Below are positions 47,809 through 55,408 of a stretch of DNA of 64,000 nucleotides, piece by piece. This DNA is from Candidatus Zhuqueibacterota bacterium (GTDB taxonomy: Bacteria; Zhuqueibacterota; Zhuqueibacteria; Thermofontimicrobiales; Thermofontimicrobiaceae), in contig JAPDPQ010000003.1 of assembly GCA_034506395.1 (NCBI GenBank), forward strand, positions 230,693 to 294,692, in the 5' to 3' direction. A program made the position numbers and the translations under genes. Below the pieces are notes generated by a model that saw nothing but the letters and a program-made list of their open reading frames with translations, searched no databases and was not told where the DNA came from. Positions within the stretch are counted from its first letter, which is position 1; each line of letters begins with the position of its first letter.

Positions 47809-49947
47809 CTACATCATGGCGGTTTTCAGGCGAATATCCTTAATCGCTGCTTTGCGCATCATGTTTTCCGAAGCGGAACGCGTTGCCGCGATTAAGATTT
47901 TCCGGATCGAAGACTTATCTACTTCATCCCAGGCGATTAAGGGTACGAGTTCGTCCAATTTAAATTGATATCGAATCACATCCATCGTCACATTATTTTG
48001 ATCGAGAAAATTCATCGCAGCGACCGCATAGGGCAATTGGTAGCGCGCTGTTAGGGAATGAATCAGATATGAACTGTATTCCCATGTCTCAGGCTTGGTA
48101 CAATCAACCGCGAATATGAAACCAGCGAGTTTTGATTTCACCGACTCTAAAAAGACATGGAATGGCTTGTCCACCGACACCGCAATTAATTGATATGAAG
48201 TGAACCCATCGATCCGAATTCTCCCCACGTCCAATTGCATATCACCTAATGCCTGGATCTTGGTCGACGTAAAATGATCTTGCGTCAAAATGTCCATCAA
48301 TTCATCTTTGCAATCATCATCCACACTGATCACGACGATATGGTTCTTCAAAGCAGCTTGTTCTGCTGATGTTGCAAATTTCTTTTCATATTGGTCCGAT
48401 ATTGGGGGGCGATCCGCAACTGGAACCCGATCAGTCAGCGAAGCAATGACTCGAGGCTCCTCTTCAGCCGATAACTCGACCGCCTTGCTGGGCGGCTCAA
48501 CAGGCGGTTCAGGTTCAGCCTGCGACGTGAGATCACGCATTGCCGTGGGCCGATCCTCCCGCGCACTGATACTATACTGCTGAATCAGCTCTTCATCGAC
48601 GAAAGTCTCCTGTGAAATTTCAGCCGTCTCATCACGTTGAACTCGGCTCGGCTGGACGAATTCATCCGCTTCCATTGGCTCTGGTTCAATCGGCGCAGCC
48701 CTGTCATCTGGCGCTTTGGGCAGAACCTCGGATGCCTCGCTTTCGGGCTTTGACACGGTCACAGCACGCTTCTCCTGCTCAATCCGCTCAAGGATCGGCC
48801 GGATCTCTCGCTCGATCTCTTTAAACTTAGGAAGCGGCTGACTCTCCAATTCAATCTTATCCACCAGTTCGGTCTCAACTGATTCACGTTCATCTGACGA
48901 GACTTCTTCAGCTTCCATCGATTCCAACTTTTCCGATATCAAGCCTGACTGCTGTTGCGGTAGTGGCTTGGCCTCTGGTGGAATCGTCGGCTTAATGAAT
49001 CCCTGCTGATATAGCCGCACAATCCGTTTCAATGCCACAAGGTCATCCAAACCGCTATCCTCAATAATCTGATCGACCTCTCGTTTCCCATCAAACAGCT
49101 TCACAAAATTGGCGATTTCACCATTGACTCGCCTTTTCTGAATTAGCATTCTGAATGTCGGAGTAATGGTGAATGCGGTTCGCGGTGAGGATAATTGGCT
49201 GATCAACTGTTCGCGGAGTTCCAGTCGCTTGATCCCATGGAGCAGTAACCCTAAGTTACTGACCGAAATCTCGTCCGGCACATCGATCTCCTTGAATACC
49301 ATCGTGAAATAGCCTCGATTCCAGGTCAGCATCTGATAGATCGCAGGCTCTTGTTTGATGTCACCCAGGCTGGCATTGACCACAGCACCATCCCGAAAAT
49401 AGACTTGCCCGGTTCTTCGGCCATTGCTCAGCGTCAATACTCCAGTTTTTCTCTCTACCCCAAAGCTCTCGATCAAATCCGCTAAAGTGAGTTGATCCAA
49501 TCGACCCGAAAATCTCATATAAGCATCCAACTGCTCGCTTTTTCTTCGCTCCAGCCGTCGCAATACCATTCGAATATGAGCGACAACTTCCTTGACATGA
49601 AGCGGTTTGACCAAATAGTCTTTTGCCCCCAATTCAAAGCCGCGCACCCGCTGCTGGATATCGCGCTGATTGGTCAAAAAGATCAGCGGGATCGACTTGG
49701 TGTTAGGATCAGCTTGAAGCCGTTCCAACAATTGAAAACCTGTCAATCCTGGCAAATTCACTTCGGTCAAGACCAACTGCGGTGGGGATTGCTGGATCTC
49801 TTCCCAAGCCTTATTGCCATTGGAAGCCGTAATAACGGTAAAACCTGAGGCCTCAAGGTTCTCTTTGAGAATCTGCAAATTCTTGGCATCCCCATCTGCC
49901 ACCAGCACTGTTGGATTCATCATACCATCTTCTCGCTGTATGGACAA
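47809..49947 (-). CDS. Atypical response regulator: receiver (Asp-to-Glu acceptor) + DUF4388/PATAN + acidic linker + C-terminal P-loop-less Ras-like domain
   Basis: The REC domain reads 'VLVADGD...QLVLTEVNLPGLTG...IFLTNQ...YLVKPL'. The DUF4388 region reads 'FSGRLDQLTLADLIESFGVERKTGVLTL'. The C-terminal ~170 aa ('HIVVISVDDDCKDEL...AVAAMNFLD') resemble the neighbouring 160-aa protein. The start is a TTG. Confidence 0.8.
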   Translation of the reverse strand: MSIQREDGMMNPTVLVADGDAKNLQILKENLEASGFTVITASNGNKAWEEIQQSPPQLVLTEVNLPGLTGFQLLERLQADPNTKSIPLIFLTNQRDIQQRVRGFELGAKDYLVKPLHVKEVVAHIRMVLRRLERRKSEQLDAYMRFSGRLDQLTLADLIESFGVERKTGVLTLSNGRRTGQVYFRDGAVVNASLGDIKQEPAIYQMLTWNRGYFTMVFKEIDVPDEISVSNLGLLLHGIKRLELREQLISQLSSPRTAFTITPTFRMLIQKRRVNGEIANFVKLFDGKREVDQIIEDSGLDDLVALKRIVRLYQQGFIKPTIPPEAKPLPQQQSGLISEKLESMEAEEVSSDERESVETELVDKIELESQPLPKFKEIEREIRPILERIEQEKRAVTVSKPESEASEVLPKAPDDRAAPIEPEPMEADEFVQPSRVQRDETAEISQETFVDEELIQQYSISAREDRPTAMRDLTSQAEPEPPVEPPSKAVELSAEEEPRVIASLTDRVPVADRPPISDQYEKKFATSAEQAALKNHIVVISVDDDCKDELMDILTQDHFTSTKIQALGDMQLDVGRIRIDGFTSYQLIAVSVDKPFHVFLESVKSKLAGFIFAVDCTKPETWEYSSYLIHSLTARYQLPYAVAAMNFLDQNNVTMDVIRYQFKLDELVPLIAWDEVDKSSIRKILIAATRSASENMMRKAAIKDIRLKTAMM

Positions 49948-49980
49948 AATCGAACTCTCTCTCCTGGTTTAGATATTTCC

Positions 49981-50009
49981 AATATAATCAAAATTCAATC
50001 CGATGTCAA
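49981..50009 (-). promoter_or_regulatory. Sigma70-type promoter of the regulator operon
   Basis: On the minus strand the elements are TTGACA (50009-50004), a 17-nt spacer and TATATT (49986-49981). AGGAG follows before the start at 49947. Confidence 0.5.
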
Positions 50010-50683
50010 GCATTTTTTTTGACACTTCTGTGAAGCCGTTCCGCGCCTCCAACACAACATTAACCAATGCTTCACAAGCAATCTTGGTCCGTTTCTTCGC
50101 CAGTTGCAGCGTTCTGCTCATTCCAGAGAGATTGGGTATCTAATCGGAAGATCTCGTCATCTGGTGCATATTGCTCAATCGCGCCGGCTTCGCTATGACA
50201 GCCATTGGAATTCTTGCTGCTCCAAGCCGCAGCAAGCTTTTCCTCTATTTCTAATTGACCATGCCCGACCAAACAAAGTTGCCTTTATCTTCCGAAAAAG
50301 AACAAGCTGATAGCAACATATGTTATTCAAATTTCCCCCATCCTCATACGTCCCGCTGTTGATGCTTCATCCCTGGTGAAAACGCTAAAACATCCACCAA
50401 AATAAGACCTATCATTGACGCCCCTTCTTCATCCTTCCCCTTTATATTGAATGAGGCAATTTTTAAAACTCTCCCCCATTAAGAGAGGGAGGCAATGAGG
50501 TCAAAATACGCAGCTTGTGCCAAGCCCATTTCAATTTGATTTATCACTTTCCGAACTTCAATTTGCGGTGAGACAATTTGCCTATTTTTAGAGTTAAATC
50601 AAACTTTGAAACCATTGCCTTCAAGAGGTGTGTTAGCAAGAATTCATTGTTCGAATTGAGATGACATCTTCGCTGGGGGCGAT

Positions 50684-51367
50684 TCATTTGTTATCACTTT
50701 TTGGCCCAGGACGATAGATATACACGGTGTCGACAATTGTTTTATAAACGAAAATGCAGTCGTAATACGTGCTATCTCCTGCTGAAAACCAGTCCCACCC
50801 GCGACGCCCTGGGCTTGATGAATCGGTATTTGGAAGAAAGTTTAGCGCTGATTCATTATAATCCCACATCTCAAACATCACCGTTGTGGAATCGCGCTCC
50901 AGCTTGAGTTTCATCGGAAGGTCTTTATAATTCTTATCCAAGCTTCGCAATAATGATATGAAAATGTTGTAGGCTGGTTTTCGCTCGGTATAATCGTTTA
51001 CCATATTCGGATCTGAATTTTGGGCAACGATTTGAAAATTGGCTTTGAATTCCCAATTGTTCATCAAGTCCTGCGCGTTTTTCGAAACGTATTCGATAAA
51101 ATAGATCTCATCCGACGGATATACCCGCACTAGGTCCTTGGGACCAAATCCATTTCTGCCTACATCAATTATCTCCATCCGGGTCACCAGAGTTTCAGGA
51201 ATAAAGAATTCATCCATCAGCAGTTTGATTAAGCTTTGGTTTGTAATGGTCATCATTGGCACGCTGATCTGAGTGACCCTAGCTTGGGATGAATTGAACG
51301 TTTGAGCGAATGACCAAGGCGCAGCCATCGCACAGATGATGAACATTTTAAAAAGAAAATTTTTCAT
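50684..51367 (-). CDS. Hypothetical secreted protein
   Basis: A signal peptide 'MKNFLFKMFIICAMAAPWSFAQ' is present. The ATG at 51367 has a GGAG upstream; the ORF track extends to 51400. Confidence 0.55.
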   Translation of the reverse strand: MKNFLFKMFIICAMAAPWSFAQTFNSSQARVTQISVPMMTITNQSLIKLLMDEFFIPETLVTRMEIIDVGRNGFGPKDLVRVYPSDEIYFIEYVSKNAQDLMNNWEFKANFQIVAQNSDPNMVNDYTERKPAYNIFISLLRSLDKNYKDLPMKLKLERDSTTVMFEMWDYNESALNFLPNTDSSSPGRRGWDWFSAGDSTYYDCIFVYKTIVDTVYIYRPGPKSDNK

Positions 51368-51576
51368 TCTGCTTTCTCCAAAGTTTTCTTTATATTTCAT
51401 TCCGATGATCGGAAGCGATGAATCAGCCTACTTAATTGGTGCAAAATAGATGAATCCGACAAAATTTCGGCCAGCCCTTTTCATCTGTCCCACCTCTTGA
51501 AACGAATCAGCTCGCGCTTGCGATACTGCTGGCTTTATTAGTTTCTGGTGTAAAATGCAGAGTTGCAATAAGCCGT

Positions 51577-51678
51577 GTCATTCCTGCGAATGCAGGAATC
51601 TCTTTAATACCCTTTATTAAAAATCAAAAGAAGTTAAAGATTAGAGCTGCCTTTTCGTCAAATGGCATACGGCATGAC
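51577..51678. repeat. Family-A palindromic MITE-like element, copy 3
   Basis: GTCATTCCTGCGAATGCAGGAATC (51577-600) is identical to 21127-50. The element ends in ...GGCATGAC (51671-78). Confidence 0.55.
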
Positions 51679-51853
51679 ATTTCAGCTTTTTTTAGAATTT
51701 TGCAATTAAATTACTGAATTGTATCCATCCAGAAAAATCTAACCGACAACTTTAGGTGACTATACCACCAAAAAGCTGTCGGTTGATTTATCTTACCCCT
51801 ATGCTTTTACGCATATTCAGGCGTCCCTATCGACACGATAATCTTGGTCCAGA

Positions 51854-52927
51854 TCATTTCTTCGGCTTGACCTGATCCCACCAGGTCAAAAATACTTGAT
51901 AAAACTCCATGGTCTTTTGTTCATTAGCTGGCAACTGACTGGTGCTGAATGCGAAAATTTCGCGGTCCGTGCCTCGAGTAATCGACCCAGTCCGTAAATA
52001 ATTACTCTGCTTCTTGAAGCCACTGTCGATTAGCATGGTGGATTGATTCCCCTCGACCAAGCAAATCCGAATTTCCCTGCGATTAGGCTTGTAAAGCAGA
52101 TAAAATTCAAACCGGCGATCTCGATGCTGAAAAGTCACTCGCGATGTAAGATCTCCCGTTTCATACATCATAAAACTTCTGACCACAGGAATGAATTGGC
52201 TGGGATGTCTTTTCATCCATTCCATCAGGTCATCGATGATAACTGAAATATCGCTGCGTTTTTTGGCTTGTTCACCGCTGATCAATTGAATATCCAACTG
52301 TCCTGATTCAGCTGAAATTTTGGTATCTGCAATTGCTGAACCAGAATGATGAGAGAGAATGATATTTCTTCCAGCAGTGTGCTGATTCACGGCGACATCA
52401 TTGATTGCAACTGTTTGCCCCACCTGCGTCGGTTCGACTCTAAAAATGGGCGATAGTTGGGTCGCATTGTCATGCAAAATATCGGTCGATTTCTCTAATT
52501 GAATTGGCGGCAGTTGATCCGGCAAGATGGCCGGCTCAATTGGTTGAGAGATCGGCCGCTTTGGGACATTTAGTAAATTAAGATTGGGGTGCTGGTTGAT
52601 GACGGACGTCACATCCCGATTCAGCAAATCAGTGTCGACAATTTCTGCCCGTTCTGGTTGTGCCATCGCCCCATTCTCATTTTGAACTTTCGGCATAGGA
52701 ACTTCGTGCCGTTTGATCAGCTTGATCCGTTCTGGAGAAATTTTCTCAATATCGAGTTCGCGATACTTTTTCGTGAACTGGATGTTCAATGGAGGGATCT
52801 CTGAAGTTTTGAGAAAAATGTACAATAATATGATGAATAGCACGACCATGAGATCGCACATGCGCCGGTAATTGGTGATTTTGCCTTTCAACTCGCCCCA
52901 ATTGTATCTTTCAATGATCCATTCCAT
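51854..52927 (-). CDS. Membrane-anchored protein with an ExbD-like N-terminal TM segment, a Pro-rich linker and a novel C-terminal domain; sits in the TonB position of the cassette
   Basis: 'RRMCDLMVVLFIILLYIF' parallels 'IRLIDVVLI(V/L)LFGF' of the two adjacent ExbD proteins and includes the TM Asp. The linker reads 'PKRPISQPIEPAILPDQLPPIQ'. I see no TonB_C-like pattern. The gap to the upstream exbD is 14 nt. Confidence 0.5.
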   Translation of the reverse strand: MEWIIERYNWGELKGKITNYRRMCDLMVVLFIILLYIFLKTSEIPPLNIQFTKKYRELDIEKISPERIKLIKRHEVPMPKVQNENGAMAQPERAEIVDTDLLNRDVTSVINQHPNLNLLNVPKRPISQPIEPAILPDQLPPIQLEKSTDILHDNATQLSPIFRVEPTQVGQTVAINDVAVNQHTAGRNIILSHHSGSAIADTKISAESGQLDIQLISGEQAKKRSDISVIIDDLMEWMKRHPSQFIPVVRSFMMYETGDLTSRVTFQHRDRRFEFYLLYKPNRREIRICLVEGNQSTMLIDSGFKKQSNYLRTGSITRGTDREIFAFSTSQLPANEQKTMEFYQVFLTWWDQVKPKK

Positions 52928-52941
52928 GCTATTCTCCTCTG

Positions 52942-53355
52942 TTACTGTTGTTCCAAATTGATCCTTGGATAGGACAAATTTTTGAGAATCTGATGCCTCT
53001 CACAGAGGTCCATCACATCTACCGTTGTTTGAATCATGGTTTCTGCATCTGGCTCGATCACGAGGATCATCTGCTTATGATTGTTGCGATAATCATTATT
53101 AAGCTGAACTACTCGCTGCTCCAATTCGGCTATCCCTTCAATTTCGTTCGTCGTCTCCTGATTGATCAGCGAAAAATGATGATCATTCTGAATGTTAAGA
53201 AACACGATCTGTTGCTCAACTTCTTGTTTCGCCTGACCATAATTGGAAGGTAACTTGATCTGACTTTTATTCTTGACGTCAGTGATGCTCAAAAATCCGA
53301 ACAGCACGATGAGTACAACGTCTATGAGGCGAATGATTGTTCCAGCTCTGAACAT
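52942..53355 (-). CDS. exbD: Biopolymer transport protein ExbD/TolR
   Basis: The 137-aa protein has the N-terminal 'IIRLIDVVLIVLFGFL' with the conserved TM Asp, and a typical periplasmic domain length. Confidence 0.85.
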   Translation of the reverse strand: MFRAGTIIRLIDVVLIVLFGFLSITDVKNKSQIKLPSNYGQAKQEVEQQIVFLNIQNDHHFSLINQETTNEIEGIAELEQRVVQLNNDYRNNHKQMILVIEPDAETMIQTTVDVMDLCERHQILKNLSYPRINLEQQ

Positions 53356-53382
53356 ACCAATATTCCTTGGAATATGTAGAAA

Positions 53383-53790
53383 TTACTTCTTGTTCTCAAG
53401 AATCACATCGACCCCCTTGGGAATACCTAATTGATCACATAGGTTGGCAAGCGCAAGAGTATACTTGATTGGCGTATTCCAATTGGATCGGATCCGCACG
53501 CGAGTATCTATTTTGTTTTTTATGTTCTCCAGCCGTTTGGTTTCGACATATTCTCTCAATGTGCCGAAATCGGTGATGACTTTGCTCTCGTCTTCTACCA
53601 AGAATTTCCCCTCTTTGGTAATACCGATGATCAATAATTCCTCTTTATCTGGATAAACATAGGCCATCTGGGTGCTCTTAGGTAGTTCCAGCACGCTTCG
53701 ACTGCTGATTTCACTGATGGAGATGAATCCAAATAATAGGATCAAAACGACATCAATGAGACGAATTACCGTTGCATTTCCGCTGGTCAT
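53383..53790 (-). CDS. exbD: Biopolymer transport protein ExbD/TolR (second copy)
   Basis: The 135-aa protein has the N-terminal 'VIRLIDVVLILLFGFI' with the conserved TM Asp. Confidence 0.85.
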   Translation of the reverse strand: MTSGNATVIRLIDVVLILLFGFISISEISSRSVLELPKSTQMAYVYPDKEELLIIGITKEGKFLVEDESKVITDFGTLREYVETKRLENIKNKIDTRVRIRSNWNTPIKYTLALANLCDQLGIPKGVDVILENKK

Positions 53791-53812
53791 ATTGTCCGTT
53801 CCTCCCGATGGC

Positions 53813-55399
53813 TTAGCCCTGGCCTAGAGCTTCAAACTCCAGTCGCGCCTTTCGTATTCCTTTGGCGGTCACTTGGACAGAGTTGAACCCTGGCTTGCTC
53901 CCGAGTGTAAAATATGCTTCCGCAATGCCATTCTCGTCGGTCGTCGTGGTGAAAACGGTTTTCTTCTCGGGAAAATATCCTTTTCCTTTGATGACTTTGT
54001 AGGTGACTGGCAAATTGGGCACTGGATTATCAAATTTGTCGACCACCTTGATAACGAATGGTTCTTTGAGCTCTTTTCCGGCGGCGGAGTTTTGGTGGTT
54101 GCCCGAAACATAAATGACCCGGTCGGGTTCAGTCGGTTTCCCCCAGGCAGTGAAATAGATCGCTGAATTACTGCTCTCTTTCAATCGCACTTGAACACGA
54201 TTTTCTCCGGCCGTACTACCTAAGATCAATTCGGCCTGTGCTAAGCCGCTGGCATCACTAGTTACTTCCTGCTGTTTTCGGCCATTGGCCAGCTTGCCAT
54301 TGCCACTGACAACTTCAAATACCAGCGTTTTGTCGGCGACCCCATTCCCATTTCCATTGGAAATCTGAACCACTAACGGTTTTTCCAGTCGGTTGTTCAC
54401 CATCACTGCTTGATTATCCCCAGAAATCGGTATCAGCTTATAATCGCTATTCCCATTTCGAGGATTGGACACCAGCGAATTTGCCACATCAAAAATCGGT
54501 TCTTTCGATTTCAATTGACGATCGACTGCGGCGATCACGGCTTCAGATAGGTCGTATGCTGGACTCTCCACTGGAGGAGCCAGTTCGGATTCATCATCAG
54601 GAATTGAATTATCCAGCGTTTGCTCCATCTGATGAAGCCTTAATCGGAATTGCCCGGCGAGATCGGTTACTCGATCAATTCTTTTGCGGAAATAACTATA
54701 TGTTTGGGTGGTAAACAAATTCAAGAAGACACTTACTACCAAGCCCATAAGGGTGGTGACTAGAGCCACACCCATTCCGCTGAGGATCTTATGTTTTTCA
54801 AGATCGCCGCCAAAAAAGGTGAGAAACATTCCCCATACCGTCCCTAAAAGCCCTAGCGCCCCAGCCGTGTCGGAGAAAAATGCCATCTTGGCCTGGAACG
54901 TCTGGAAACGGCTCTGCTGAATCTGGACGAAATCGACAATCTCGTTGCTAAATCCTTCGGCAGATTTGCGCGTTTGATAAAGGTCAAGCATGTGCTTGAA
55001 CAGTCGGCTCAACATGCTGTCCTTGGTGTTCTTGATCACCCGGATGATGTCAACTAGAGTGGACTTGCGCAAGTCAAGCCGTTCTAATTCTCGGGCATGC
55101 TGACGATCCAACGCTAGTTCTGTTCCTTTGTAGAACACGGTCATCATCCCCAATATGAAATCGGCAATGATGATATACCGCCAAAATCCAGCCAGCAGCG
55201 TAATGTCCCAAAGCGACTTCAAGTCTCGAATATTGGTCAACAAATCAGGATTCATGCCTTGTCCGCTTGCTTGTGTGGCAGTGCTGTCGCTGGCAGGCGT
55301 TTGAGCCAATGCGACGAATGTCTGAAATGCCACAAATAACAACATGCTGAAAATAGCAGCTAATGCAATGCGCTTGTTGATCATATCTCTGCTCCTCAA
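53813..55399 (-). CDS. exbB: MotA/TolQ/ExbB proton-channel protein fused to two C-terminal Ig-like (Big_1/invasin-like) domains
   Basis: 'FFSDTAGALGLLGTVWGMFLTFF' and 'GMGVALVTTLMGLVVSVFLNLF' are the ExbB TM2 and TM3 blocks. The C-terminal segments 'LVVQISNGNGNGVADKTLVFEVVSGNGKL...SGLAQAELILGSTAGENRVQV' and 'FVIKVVDKFDNPVPNLPVTYKVIKGKGYF...NGIAEAYFTLGSKPGFNSVQVTA' look like Big_1 repeats. Confidence 0.8.
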   Translation of the reverse strand: MRSRDMINKRIALAAIFSMLLFVAFQTFVALAQTPASDSTATQASGQGMNPDLLTNIRDLKSLWDITLLAGFWRYIIIADFILGMMTVFYKGTELALDRQHARELERLDLRKSTLVDIIRVIKNTKDSMLSRLFKHMLDLYQTRKSAEGFSNEIVDFVQIQQSRFQTFQAKMAFFSDTAGALGLLGTVWGMFLTFFGGDLEKHKILSGMGVALVTTLMGLVVSVFLNLFTTQTYSYFRKRIDRVTDLAGQFRLRLHQMEQTLDNSIPDDESELAPPVESPAYDLSEAVIAAVDRQLKSKEPIFDVANSLVSNPRNGNSDYKLIPISGDNQAVMVNNRLEKPLVVQISNGNGNGVADKTLVFEVVSGNGKLANGRKQQEVTSDASGLAQAELILGSTAGENRVQVRLKESSNSAIYFTAWGKPTEPDRVIYVSGNHQNSAAGKELKEPFVIKVVDKFDNPVPNLPVTYKVIKGKGYFPEKKTVFTTTTDENGIAEAYFTLGSKPGFNSVQVTAKGIRKARLEFEALGQG

Positions 55400-55408
55400 A
55401 ATTGGATG

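Noticed and set aside
50072-50272. 66-aa minus-strand ORF in the 0.7-kb gap downstream of the promoter region
   Set aside because: It lies upstream of, and outside, the promoter-defined operon. It has no RBS and no motif, so I cannot support it as a gene. The gap remains unexplained.
51854-52927. Calling this gene tonB
   Set aside because: Its position in the exbB-exbD-exbD cassette and its Pro-rich linker fit TonB. However, the TM segment is ExbD-like (with the Asp) and I see no TonB C-terminal pattern, so it is left as an unknown ExbD-anchored protein.
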